From assembly GCA_944389385.1 (NCBI GenBank), contig CALXMC010000004.1, positions 8,254 to 72,253 of the forward strand: a stretch of DNA of 64,000 nucleotides, written 5' to 3'. Position numbers and translations under genes: made by a program. Source of the stretch: an uncultured Alphaproteobacteria bacterium. Its GTDB lineage: Bacteria; Pseudomonadota; Alphaproteobacteria; Rs-D84. Shown piece by piece: positions 10,376 to 20,692 of this stretch; within the stretch, counting starts at the first letter, position 1, and each line of letters begins with the position of its first letter. The notes under the pieces were generated by a model. That model did not search any database, had not been told where the DNA came from, and saw nothing but the letters and a program-made list of their open reading frames with translations.

Positions 10376-11371
10376 ATGAAAACGGCAACAGCAATAGTTT
10401 TAACTTTAATCGGAATCACAGCAATCGCATTTGGCATACACAAGTATTATGAAACAAAAATGAAATCGGAGGATAAAATGAAAAACACACCTGCCAAGGT
10501 ATATTATGTCAAAGAAATCACACCGGAAAATCTGATAAAAATCTATGACGCGTTGGGCGTTGAATTAAAGGGCAACGTCGGCGTCAAAGTATCCACCGGC
10601 GAAGCCGGATCACGCGGTTATTTGAAACCTGATTTAATCGGGCCATTGGTGCAAAAGTTAAATGGCACGATTATAGAATGCAATACTGCATACGCCGGGC
10701 AGCGTAACACTGCGGCCGATCACTTGCGGGTTGCCGCGGAACACGGTTTCACAAAAATCGCAAACGTCGATATTATGGACGCAGATGGCGAAATGAAAAT
10801 TCCCGTCAATAATGGAAAGCACTTGAAATACAACCTGGTCGGGACGCATTTGGATAACTATGATTCTATCTTGAACCTGGCGCATGGCAAAGGACACGCG
10901 ATGGGCGGATTTGGTGCAAATTTGAAAAACCAATCTATTGGTATCGCGTCCAGAAATGGCAAAGCGTACATCCATTCTGCTGGATTCACAGCGGATCCAG
11001 ATGCCGCTTGGTCTAATTTACCACAGCAACAGGCGTTTATAGAATCTATGGCCGAGGCCGCAAAATCAGTCAGCGATTATTTCGCTTCACAAAACAAGCA
11101 GATAGTTTATATAACTGTGATGAACTTTTTATCTGTGGATTGCGATTGTGACGCGCATCAGACAGATCCTGTTATGGCGGACTTGGGCATTGTTGCATCC
11201 ACTGACCCGGTTGCAAACGACCAAGCGTTTGTGGATATGATATACGCATCCACCGACCCAGGCGCCAAGAAATTACAAGAACGTATCGACCGGCAAATGG
11301 GACGGCACATATTGCCGTACGCAGAATCAATTGGATTGGGAACAACAAAATACGAACTGATAGAATTATAA
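10376..11371 (+). CDS. DUF362-domain protein with N-terminal membrane anchor
   Basis: Conserved core (GNVGVKVSTGEAGSRGYLKPDLIGPLVQKL...) resembles DUF362. N-terminal TM helix. Co-oriented with flavodoxin and TetR. Confidence 0.5.
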   Translation: MKTATAIVLTLIGITAIAFGIHKYYETKMKSEDKMKNTPAKVYYVKEITPENLIKIYDALGVELKGNVGVKVSTGEAGSRGYLKPDLIGPLVQKLNGTIIECNTAYAGQRNTAADHLRVAAEHGFTKIANVDIMDADGEMKIPVNNGKHLKYNLVGTHLDNYDSILNLAHGKGHAMGGFGANLKNQSIGIASRNGKAYIHSAGFTADPDAAWSNLPQQQAFIESMAEAAKSVSDYFASQNKQIVYITVMNFLSVDCDCDAHQTDPVMADLGIVASTDPVANDQAFVDMIYASTDPGAKKLQERIDRQMGRHILPYAESIGLGTTKYELIEL

Positions 11372-11375
11372 AACA

Positions 11376-11402
11376 AAAACCGCCCCACCGGCGGTTTTAT
11401 AA
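11376..11402 (+). terminator. Rho-independent terminator
   Basis: AAACCGCCCCACCGGCGGTTTTAT immediately after the stop at 11371. Confidence 0.6.
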
Positions 11403-11487
11403 TTGTTGCATGACCTGATTCTTTTTTCAACAGCATCGCTGCCCAGACAATTTACCTGTTTGCTGTTAAAAAGCGGGACGGGGCGCC

Positions 11488-12750
11488 ATGGTAAATCTGA
11501 TAGATATTTCTGAAAAAGATGTTGTATACTTTGCGATAAAGGAATGCGATATGTCGGGAATTATACAACAAAAACAGTTGAAAAAATTAAATCGTATAAC
11601 AGACGCTGATTTTCATTTTGTTCCTGCGAATAAAAATCAGTTTGGGGTAAAATATTACGAACACGCATGTGCAAATGATGAAGAGTTTCAGCGAATTGCC
11701 GGCGATTTAAACCAGCGTCAAAATGTTTTCTATACATGCCTGGAATATCCGGGGGGTAATATCTCGATTGCCGTTGTGCAAAACGAACTGGATAAAAATC
11801 GCATAGAAAATATAATGTGGGGACGCGTACCAGATCTGGCGGACACCAAACCAATTGGCAAGATTCATGGTAACGATGTTTATCTGGAATTAATTACGAC
11901 CCAGTCTGGCAAAGCCTCGGGCGTTGTCATGCGCCACGGTCGTGCAATTGCTGTTGTTGTTATTAATGGTCATCGTTTGCCTTTTTATGTATCGTCTGGA
12001 CTGGCCGGCAAGGAAGCGGAATACGGTATTGCATCTGGTAAATGGTACCCATTGCAGGGAATTTCTGACAGTGGTTGGTTGAACAAAATGCCGGACATGA
12101 ACAAAAATCCATATCCAGAACTGGATCAGGTTTGTGCAATGCTAGAGAAAAAATATCCCGCGGCGATATTGAAACAACGCGCATTGAATAATGAATTGCC
12201 CGCCGCGGATAGAGATGCGTTGTTAAAAACTGCCAACAGCGAATTTGTCGAAGGAACCCCGTACAATGAACGCAGCCTATATCAGTATTACAGAAATCAT
12301 ATAATATATTTGCCGGCGGTAATTGATGCGTGGCGGACCGCACCAAAAGATTTTCTGGAAATTACGGGCGGGGCATTACAGATTCACGAACTTAATACAT
12401 TAGAAAAAATTCGAAAAACGGATTTAATGGCTAATTCAACCCTAGAAGATAATGTCGTTTGGCTTACCCCTGTCCCCAGCCAGCTAGCGACCCAAACCGG
12501 TGCAGAAACAACCCAGGGAATACAAAGACAGCTGGATAAACTTGGTCTAAGCGGTGCGTTTTTTTATTCGGATAATAATGACGGGATTGGCCTGCCTGTT
12601 GAAACATTTGATAATTATTTCTATGCCAACCAGGTACAAAACCTGGTCGCGGCAACAAAAAGAATCAATGCCCAGCCACGAAAGCAAGGTAAACAAGACT
12701 CTGTTATACAAATTGCCCTGGACAAGGTAAAAAAGATGTTTAACGGCTAA
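11488..12750 (+). CDS. Hypothetical protein (420 aa)
   Basis: Long ORF with non-repetitive composition. No motif recognised. Confidence 0.45.
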   Translation: MVNLIDISEKDVVYFAIKECDMSGIIQQKQLKKLNRITDADFHFVPANKNQFGVKYYEHACANDEEFQRIAGDLNQRQNVFYTCLEYPGGNISIAVVQNELDKNRIENIMWGRVPDLADTKPIGKIHGNDVYLELITTQSGKASGVVMRHGRAIAVVVINGHRLPFYVSSGLAGKEAEYGIASGKWYPLQGISDSGWLNKMPDMNKNPYPELDQVCAMLEKKYPAAILKQRALNNELPAADRDALLKTANSEFVEGTPYNERSLYQYYRNHIIYLPAVIDAWRTAPKDFLEITGGALQIHELNTLEKIRKTDLMANSTLEDNVVWLTPVPSQLATQTGAETTQGIQRQLDKLGLSGAFFYSDNNDGIGLPVETFDNYFYANQVQNLVAATKRINAQPRKQGKQDSVIQIALDKVKKMFNG

Positions 12751-12821
12751 CCCGGCATATTTGCGGCACAAGAAATTAGAAAAGCACAAGCGGTTCAATC
12801 AATGGTTGAATTTTACCCCGT

Positions 12822-15480
12822 GTTTTTTGCCCGAACGAAAACATGTGTATATTGCTATTAAAGAACAATATTTGCTATACCGGCCGCATATTCAACTCTG
12901 GGTTGAATCTCGGGTCAGGTTTGTGCGGACTTCGAAACATAGACGAAGATTTTTACAGCACGACATATTTTCGCACGCGCCAAAAAAACCGCAAGTGAAT
13001 TCAACCTGTGGTTGTATTGTGTTGTAAATATAACATAATTATGCGAATTTAGACTAAAATACAACTCATACTAGAATCCAATCTTGTTTTTTAGCGGTTT
13101 TACCAATATCATCCAAACGTACTCCAAAACCGAAGTACAGCCCGTGGTTGTCTTGGACACAGTGCTTCAAGATTTTATGTGATAGTCTATTAGGTTGTAA
13201 AACATGATAAAATTCAACCTACGGTTGTATTTTGGGTCGGTTTTGTGCGGGTGGAGAAATGCAAACAAATGTTTTTTACGCCCCGACATGTCTTCGTATG
13301 CGCCAGAAAACAGCGACTATATTCAACCACAAGTTGTATTATGTTGTAAATACAACGTCACGATGCGAATTTATACTAAAATACAACTTATACTAGAATC
13401 TAATCTTGATTTTCAGGGCTTTATCAACGTCATCCAAACGCACCCGAACCCCGAAGTACAACCTATGGTTGAATTTCGGGTTAGTTTTATACGGGTAACA
13501 AAGCGCGGACAAATATTTTTACGCCCCGACATGTCTTCGCACGCGTCAGAAAACCGCAAGTGAATTCAACCTGTGGTTGTATTTTGTTGTAAATATAACA
13601 TAATTATGCGAATTTATAATAAAATACAACTTTTGGTTGAATTGAATCTTGTTTTTTTGCGGGTTTACAAACATCGTCCAAACACACTCCAAAAAATGAA
13701 GCGCAACCTGTGGTTGAATTTCGGGTCAGTTTTATGCAGGTGACAAAGCGTGGACAAATGTTTTTACAAGCCGATATATTTTGTACACATCAGAAAACAA
13801 CGGTCATATTCAACCACAGGTTGTATTATTGTGTGAACACAACACCATAATGCGAATTTATACTAAAATACAACTTATACTAGAATCTAATCTTGATTTT
13901 CAGGGCTTTATCAACATAGACCAAACGCACCCAAAAAACGAAGTACAGCCCGTGGTTGTCTTGGACACGGTGCTTCAAGATTCAATGTGATAGTCTATCA
14001 GGTTGTAAATCATGATAAATTCAACCCACGGTTGTATTTTAGGTCGGTTTTGTGTGGATGACGAAAGGCGGACAAATGTTTTTGCAAGCCGACATATCTT
14101 CGTACGCAGCAGAAAACAACAACTGAATTCAACTTGTGGTTGTATTTTGGTTCAAACACAACATCAAAATGCGAAATTAGACTAAAATACAACTTATGGT
14201 TGAATTTCGGGTCAGTTTTATGCAGGTGACAAAGCGTGGACAAATGTTTTTACAAGCCGATATATTTTGTACACATCAGAAAACAGCGGCCACGTTCAAC
14301 CATAGGTTGTATTATTGTGTGAACATAACATCATAATGCGAATTTTAAATAAAATACAACTTATGATTGAATTTCGGGTCAGTTTTATGCAGGTGACAAA
14401 GCGTGAAAAAATGTTTTTACAAACCGGCACATCTTCATACATGCCGGAAAATCGCAAGTGAATTCAACCTGTGGTTGTATTTTGTTGCAAAAATAACGTC
14501 ACGATGCGAAATTTGACCAAAATACAACCTATACTAGAATCTAATCTTGATTTTCAGGGCTTTATCAACGTCATCCAAACGCACCCGAACCCCGGAGTAC
14601 AACCTATGGTTGAATTTCGGGTTAGTTTTATACGGGTAACAAAGCGCGGACAAATGTTTTTACAACCCGATATATTTTCGCACACACCAGAAAACAACGG
14701 TCATATTCAATCACAGGTTGTATTATTGTGTGAACACAACACCATAATGCGAATTTAGACTAAAATACAACCTATACTAGAATCTAATCTTGATTTTCAG
14801 GGCTTTATCAACGTCATCCAAACACATCCGAAAACCGAAGTACAGCCCGTGGTTGTCTTGGGCACGGTGTTTCAAGTTTTAACATGATGGTCTATCAGGT
14901 TGTAAAACACAGCAAGATTCAACCCATGATTGAATCCTGGGGCAATTTTGTGCGGGTAGCAGAATACGGACAAATATTTTTACGCCCCGACATGTCTTCG
15001 CATGCGGCAGAAAACAGCGACCATGTTCAACCATAGGTTGTATTATCTTGCAAACACAACATCACAATGCGAAATTAGACTAAAATACAACCTATGCTAG
15101 AATTGTATCTTGATTTTCAGGGCTTTATCAACATAGCCCAAACGCAACATATGGCTGAATCCTGGGTCAATTTTGTGCGGGTAGCAGAATACGGACAAAT
15201 ATTTTTACGCCCCGACATGTCTTCGCACGCGTCAGAAAACCGCAAGTGAATTCAACCACGGGTTGTATTGCGTCGTTAATATAACATCATTATGCGAAAT
15301 TTGACCAAAATACAACTTATAGTTGAATTTAATCTTGATTTTCAGGGCTTTATCAACATCATCCAAACGCACCCCGAAATACAACCCGCAGTTGAATCAG
15401 GCCCGAGATTTTTGATACTTGTAACGCCTTGAATGCAAGCCATATCACAATTCGTGTCTGTCTTGGGCGCGGCGTTTTGA
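12822..15480 (+). repeat. Non-coding tandem array of >=10 degenerate 165-330-bp units rich in short palindromes
   Basis: Box ATTCAACC-NNN-GGTTGTATT starts at 13028, 13321, 13564, 13808, 14127, 14294, 14462, 14705, 15025, 15249. Each unit also carries GTTGTAAATACAAC-like palindrome, ATGCGAATTTAGACTAAAATACAAC, optional ~78-bp insert (CTTGATTTTCAGGGCTTTATCAAC...) and a second oppositely oriented box (ACAACCTATGGTTGAAT). Units are ~85-90% identical with indels. Confidence 0.8.
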
Positions 15481-15565
15481 TTCTTTTCCACGGATGTTAA
15501 TATTTTATTTTTATTCTGATTTGTTATTCAGTGACGCGCCATGTTGCCAATCCTTAATAAAATTA

Positions 15566-15593
15566 TTGACAATCTGTTTTTTTTTTCTAGGAT
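15566..15593 (+). promoter_or_regulatory. Sigma70-like promoter for the 123-aa ORF
   Basis: TTGACA (15566-15571), 16-nt T-rich spacer, TAGGAT (15588-15593). Followed by RBS AAGGTG 7 nt before ATG at 15623. Confidence 0.45.
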
Positions 15594-15622
15594 TACAAAA
15601 AAACTGATACAAAAGGTGTAAT

Positions 15623-15994
15623 ATGTTTTTGCGATTAAGATATTATTTCAAAACAGACCGCAAAATACGCGTCCAGGACAAACAAGAATATGCCGACCAG
15701 CGTAAAAAGTTAAAAAATTTAGACGACATACTGGAATACCGGTGCGAAGAGATAACGTTCCCATTTGATGATCCGGCTTTCTACAGTTGGTGGGGATGTA
15801 TTAAACGTTCTACGACCGGGGCAGAATACTATTGTCCTGGGTTTAGTTTTGATGTTCCTTGCGAACATGAACGCAGTTGTGTACGAGGACCTGATAATAG
15901 TAAATTTGTTAGGGCGCGACAAGAATATTTTAGACAAAAGCAACTTGTTCGTGATTTTTGGCGCAATCGTATGCGCGAACGTGTAAAAGGATAA
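15623..15994 (+). CDS. Small basic Cys-containing hypothetical protein embedded between repeat arrays
   Basis: 123-aa ORF with good RBS and upstream promoter. Five Cys (C..C..C..C..C). Highly basic termini. No family recognised. Confidence 0.45.
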   Translation: MFLRLRYYFKTDRKIRVQDKQEYADQRKKLKNLDDILEYRCEEITFPFDDPAFYSWWGCIKRSTTGAEYYCPGFSFDVPCEHERSCVRGPDNSKFVRARQEYFRQKQLVRDFWRNRMRERVKG

Positions 15995-16249
15995 AATATC
16001 ACGGGCATAAATGCGCCAGTGATACTGAACCGCAACGACCCGCGGGCGAATTAAGCCAATCAAACTATTTTCTGTACATGCCGTGAATGTCTGGCCGGCT
16101 GTGTGCGGTAGCGGGCGGTTGCCGTTTCGCAGAAGAATCAGGTGTCTTGCCGTAATTTGCGACATATTTACGTATTCTTACATATTGTAATTTTTGCGCC
16201 CTCGCGGGGGCAGCGTTCAGCGCGTTACAAGCATCAAAAAACTCGGACA

Positions 16250-16640
16250 CGCTTCAACCGCGGGTTATATTTCGGGATTTTGGTTCGTTGGGGTGATATT
16301 GCCCCCCCGAAAATCAAGATTGGATTCAACCATAAGTTGTATTTTAGTCTAAATTCGCATTATGACGTTGTGGTTGCGACACAATACAACCTCTGGTTGA
16401 TTTCACCCACCGTTTCCTGACGGTTATAAAAACATACCGGGTTGTAAAAACTTGTCCGCATTTCGTCATCCGCACAAAATGGGCTGTGCATTTAATCGTG
16501 GGGTGTATTTGTTGTGTAATACAACCTCTGGTTGAATTCTGGTGTCGTTTTCTGGGGGGTATTGTGGACTTAAAATGTATATCTGTGCCTCGTTTTTTTT
16601 GCCGCGTTCCGTCACAAAATTCAACCTGTGGCTAACAATC
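16250..16640 (-). repeat. Inverted-orientation copies of the same repeat unit
   Basis: 16330-16415 reads ATTCAACCATAAGTTGTATTTTAGTCTAAATTCGCATTATGACG...AATACAACCTCTGGTTGA, the reverse complement of the unit. 16465-16500 matches RC of TTTTGTGCGGATGACGAAA-GGCGGACAAAT. Confidence 0.65.
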
Positions 16641-16754
16641 GCGTGTTTTTAATAAAAGTCTTTTTTGGAATAGCGGTATTTAATTCACTTTTGACAATAT
16701 AAATCACAAAAAATCAACCATCGCGGCAATGTGCGCACAATGTGTTGTGTTCCG

Positions 16755-16780
16755 AAATAAAAACTGGGGCAGTGCCCCAA
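16755..16780 (-). terminator. Rho-independent terminator for 16785..17201 gene
   Basis: Minus strand reads GTTGGGGCACTGCCCCAG followed by TTTTTATTT. Confidence 0.5.
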
Positions 16781-16784
16781 CTTT

Positions 16785-17201
16785 TTATATCGACCCCAGG
16801 AATTTTTCGAACTCTTCCTTGTTCTTGTATCCCAGGTGATAAAGCGAAGAAGGCATTATGGCCAAGGATGTTATTTTTCCGTCCAGGTTTGATTTTACGT
16901 CAAAGCACCCAAGCCCACCGTCTGGGGTTTTAGAACCTATCAACAAAAACGGCTTTCCGGTTCCCTGTTCGTACATCATGAAGAATTTGTTGATAGTATT
17001 CAGTTCTTTCATAGTTGCCAGTTTGCCGACAATATATTTGGTGTATTCATCTTTGGTCAAATCTGGCGCGGTTACCCAAAATGAAGAATATCCAAAATCG
17101 TCCGCCAAAAACGGTAAAATATATTTTGCGTCATATTCTGTGTATGCTTTGACCAGATTTTTCAAAAATAATTCTTCGTTTTCAAATGATTGTTCTGACA
17201 T
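16785..17201 (-). CDS. Hypothetical protein (138 aa)
   Basis: Protein-like composition. Overlapping plus-strand ORF is low complexity and disfavoured. Confidence 0.4.
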   Translation of the reverse strand: MSEQSFENEELFLKNLVKAYTEYDAKYILPFLADDFGYSSFWVTAPDLTKDEYTKYIVGKLATMKELNTINKFFMMYEQGTGKPFLLIGSKTPDGGLGCFDVKSNLDGKITSLAIMPSSLYHLGYKNKEEFEKFLGSI

Positions 17202-17343
17202 GATCGGTTCCTTTTTTTTAGGTTTCCAAACAATACGGGATTACAAAGTTATAAAAAGACAATAAAAAACTTGGTTTGTGCGCGCAAATGGCGAGAAGAA
17301 AATACCGAGAAAAATTCTCGGTATTTTTTCAAAAATAATGATA

Positions 17344-18081
17344 CTAATCTCTTTCTTGTGTTTTTGCTTGTATTGGATTCAGGTAATAAACATTTTTATT
17401 TGGTTGACTGGTTATGGTTGATATTTTGCCGTTATCAAATATAATTGCTGCACAATTATCTAACGCATATCCTGTAACACCACGTTTTTCTAATAACGCA
17501 TTAAAATACATTCTGTCAGATTCCGATTTTGTATCATAGTGTGGTACGCAGAAACCTTTTATAAAACCAAGACCAGGCAAAAAATCTAATTTTTCCCAAT
17601 CAGTTTTACCTGTTTCATCTTTTATATAATCGTTATTGTCATAATACTCGAACCAACATATTGCCCCAGCAGACAGTCCAGACAGAATAACACCTTTGTC
17701 GCCATATTCTTTTAATAATTTATCGAACCCGGTTCTGCGCCAACAATTTATCATCAGCAATGTGTCGCCCCCACCAACATATATGATATCAGTGTTATCT
17801 AAAATTTTTCGAATACTATCTATGGTCGGGGGATTGTTGATTAAACGCAGTTCTGAAACATTAGCCCCCAAGGATTGAAAATGTGTTATCAGAAAATCTG
17901 TATAAGACGGCAAATCATTGCCGGCAGTCCCCAGAATTAGTATATTAGGATTCTTTTTACCAGATAATTCGATAATTTTTTTGTTAATTGGTGTATTCTC
18001 GAAAGGGTATTGTTTTATTGTACCATCTGGCAGTATTTTGGTGCGCCCATTTTCACCGCCGCCTATCGCAACAATTCTCAT
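17344..18081 (-). CDS. Peptidase S51 family protein (dipeptidase E/PepE-like)
   Basis: MRIVAIGGG...IIYVGGGDT...LSGLSAGAICW pattern typical of S51/class-I glutaminase-like fold. Confidence 0.6.
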   Translation of the reverse strand: MRIVAIGGGENGRTKILPDGTIKQYPFENTPINKKIIELSGKKNPNILILGTAGNDLPSYTDFLITHFQSLGANVSELRLINNPPTIDSIRKILDNTDIIYVGGGDTLLMINCWRRTGFDKLLKEYGDKGVILSGLSAGAICWFEYYDNNDYIKDETGKTDWEKLDFLPGLGFIKGFCVPHYDTKSESDRMYFNALLEKRGVTGYALDNCAAIIFDNGKISTITSQPNKNVYYLNPIQAKTQERD

Positions 18082-18253
18082 ATTTTATCCTTTTGGGGTA
18101 TGCGTTGTAATTATACGATTTGGGTTAAAAACATTCAAGACGAATTCGATAATTTATACAAAAGGGTAATAATTCTCATAAAAAATATCAAAGTGTGTGG
18201 AATTTTAAGTATAGTAAAACAAACCCGCCTTGACAGCGGCAGGTTGAAATCTT

Positions 18254-18298
18254 TGGCTCGGGCAACTGGACTCGAACCAGTGACATACGGATTAACAG
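18254..18298 (-). other. 45-bp fragment identical to the 3' part of tRNA-Asn, starting in the anticodon loop (att site direct repeat)
   Basis: TGGCTCGGGCAACTGGACTCGAACCAGTGACATACGGATTAACAG is identical to 36220-36264. Similarity extends ~8 bp further (GAAAT-CTT). Confidence 0.85.
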
Positions 18299-18958
18299 CA
18301 AGTTCTTGATTTCAGGGCTTTTTTTACGATGTGTCGTGTTAGCCCAGATTTCCGCCACTTTTTGCACATATCTGTGTATGCGCCGTATAGCTGTTTTTTA
18401 GTATGTAGCAAAAAAATTGCACCCCCGTATACCCACAAGTGTCTAAATCATACAAAAATGACGTCCGCCAAAATGAAATTACGGAATGCGTTTATCGGGC
18501 AATAATCATACCTTGAATGCGGGTGCCATACGGTTGATTTCTGTTTTGTCAAATTTATTATACCACAAATCGCACTAAAAAGAAAGAGGTATCACATCGG
18601 ATATAAAAATAAGAGGTTTATTATTGGTATTAGCACCCTAAAAAACATGAAAAATCCCAAAATTCGATTCGGGGCAAAAGTTTGATTTTTTTGTCGGGTG
18701 CCGTCGATGAGCCGTTGTTTCAAAAACTGACAAAATATGATTTAATACTATTTAGACGTGTTTTAATGTAGGTTTGATACATTGTGATACAAATTTTTTT
18801 AGTAAAAACAGGACGTTTTTTGCTAGTTTTGCCAGACTTTTACTTTTTTATGTGCTATAAATTATATGTACAGATATAAAAAGTTGTTGTGATATCAGAT
18901 TGTATAAAGCGACCTTTTTATATCCTACAAACCATATTGAAACCCAAAGGAGAATAAC

Positions 18959-19168
18959 ATGGATTACCAATTCATGAACCATGGGGGACAAGAGAGAGAT
19001 ACAAGACAATACGCCCTGAACAAGGAAGCGTTTAAAGACAGACTGTTTACACCGAAACAATTAGCTGACTATCTTTGTTCGTCTGTTTCGGCATTAAGCC
19101 AATATCGTGCACTGGGGATTGGACCTGCGTACTTCAAGATCGTCAAAATGGTACGTTACCCCAAATAA
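18959..19168 (+). CDS. AlpA/Xis-like HTH excisionase-regulator
   Basis: 69 aa. FTPKQLADYLCSSVSALSQYRALGIGPAYFKI resembles the AlpA-family HTH. Immediately upstream of the integrase. Confidence 0.55.
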   Translation: MDYQFMNHGGQERDTRQYALNKEAFKDRLFTPKQLADYLCSSVSALSQYRALGIGPAYFKIVKMVRYPK

Positions 19169-19266
19169 GTGGCTGGAACAAAAAAAGAAGCGATAAAAAA
19201 TAGCTGTTTCTGCTGGATATTATGTTTTTATCGTGCATTGTGTGTTTGTAATAAAGGAGTGCACAC

Positions 19267-20475
19267 ATGGCAGAACAATGGAAATGCTATACAAAGCCGT
19301 TTCGGGACACTTGGATACATCTGTTGCATTCAGATGTTAACCTGCAGGTCAGCGACGGCACCATCCCAGGATTATTCCTGCGATATTCTGCGGCAACACG
19401 CAATATTCGGTTTTTCCTGGGGTGTAAAATAGATAACAAGAAATGCAATATTTTTATAGGTCGCTACAGAGATTATTCTATCAAAGATATTCGTGACATG
19501 GCGTGGAATATGCGGCATCAAATTGCCCAAGGCGAAGACCCACGCAGAAAAAGAATAGAAGAACAACTGAAAGAAAAAGAAACGCTGGGCGAACAGGTAA
19601 AAGTACTGTTCCCACAATATATGGACAAATATTCCAAAATATACAAGAAGCCACGAACCCAGGATTCTAATTGGGGGCAATATAGATTATATTTAGCGCC
19701 TATGTTTGATAAGCTGTACATACGCCAAATAGAAGAAAAGCATGTAATGGACGCCTATGCCAAGTGGGTAAAGAAAACCTCATTCTCAACCGCGAACAAA
19801 GCGCTGTCTCTGTTCTCTAATTTCTGGGATTGGTGCGAAATGTATAAATACGTAGACCGCAATACAAACCCATGCAAGTATGTCCGCAAAGGTTCAAACA
19901 AAGTTTATAAGCCACAAATACTGGACCAAGACGGTTATCGTGCATTATCGCATGCGCTGGATGTTGGGCCCCAGGTATCTAAAATGCACCCACGGTTATT
20001 CAATGCGTTGCGGGTGCTGATGCTGACTGGGGGTCGTGCGTCTGAAATAACCGGGCTAGAGGTAGAAGAACTTGCGCTTATGCACAAGGTAATACACCTG
20101 AAAGACAGCAAGACCGGCGCCCGGGATGTAAAACTGTCTGACGCAGTTATACCATACTTGCAGGCTGCGCTGGATGAAGCAACCGCACTGGGCAGCAAAT
20201 ATGTATTCCCAGGTGTTGGGAACGAGCACAGACCAATAAACAACATCCGCAAGCCATTTGAATGGGCACTGTCATATGCCAAGCTGCCACATATGCGAAT
20301 ACACGACCTGCGACATTCGTTTATCAGTATGGGTGCAAATATCGGTGAAAATATAGCTGCCATGAAAGAAGCAGCCGGCCATTCCCGTATAACCACCACC
20401 GAAGGATATACCCACATCATGGACAGCAGCACCTATCGTGCCATCAATAACGTTGCAAATGCAATATGTGCCTAA
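19267..20475 (+). CDS. int: Tyrosine site-specific integrase
   Basis: C-terminal catalytic region with R (GGRASE), HDLRHSF, HSRITTTEGYTH (H-x-x-R...Y). 402 aa; true start may be downstream. Confidence 0.8.
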   Translation: MAEQWKCYTKPFRDTWIHLLHSDVNLQVSDGTIPGLFLRYSAATRNIRFFLGCKIDNKKCNIFIGRYRDYSIKDIRDMAWNMRHQIAQGEDPRRKRIEEQLKEKETLGEQVKVLFPQYMDKYSKIYKKPRTQDSNWGQYRLYLAPMFDKLYIRQIEEKHVMDAYAKWVKKTSFSTANKALSLFSNFWDWCEMYKYVDRNTNPCKYVRKGSNKVYKPQILDQDGYRALSHALDVGPQVSKMHPRLFNALRVLMLTGGRASEITGLEVEELALMHKVIHLKDSKTGARDVKLSDAVIPYLQAALDEATALGSKYVFPGVGNEHRPINNIRKPFEWALSYAKLPHMRIHDLRHSFISMGANIGENIAAMKEAAGHSRITTTEGYTHIMDSSTYRAINNVANAICA

Positions 20476-20535
20476 ATGGTGCATGTTGCATTTCAGTAAA
20501 ATAAAAATAGGTTCTGTAAAACCTCTTTTGATTGG

Positions 20536-20569
20536 GGGGAACGGCGACCTCGAGACCTTGTTACACACA
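20536..20569 (+). repeat. ~34-bp imperfect direct repeat flanking the Fic gene (copy A)
   Basis: GGGGAACGGCGACCTCGAGACCTTGTTACACACA versus copy B GGGTAACGGCGACCCCGCCACCTTGCTACACAC (~85% identity). Confidence 0.6.
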
Positions 20570-20692
20570 GGTTTGAAAAATTGGTTCGCAGGTTCGCACT
20601 TTGGGTGTTTTAATAGTAATTACAATATGATAAGTGCGAACCTGGGGTGCGAACCTGGTTCGCACCTAAGAACATATTTCCTTATAAATCGA

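Noticed and set aside
13204-14758. ORFs of 119, 69, 77 and 95 aa inside the repeat array that look mutually similar
   Set aside because: Their similarity is simply the DNA repeat read in one frame. Copies differ by frame-breaking indels and unit-length changes, and they have no RBS or start context, so they are treated as non-coding.
12822-16640. Possible CRISPR array
   Set aside because: Units are 165–330 bp and similar along their whole length with indels. There is no alternation of short identical repeats with unique spacers. No cas genes nearby.
16858-17265. 135-aa plus-strand ORF overlapping 16785..17201
   Set aside because: Low-complexity, hydrophobic-poor composition. The minus-strand ORF has better protein-like composition and its own terminator.
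18010-18309. 99-aa ORF overlapping the tRNA-Asn fragment
   Set aside because: It spans the att repeat and an AT-rich intergenic region and lacks start context. It is an artefact of the tRNA-derived sequence.
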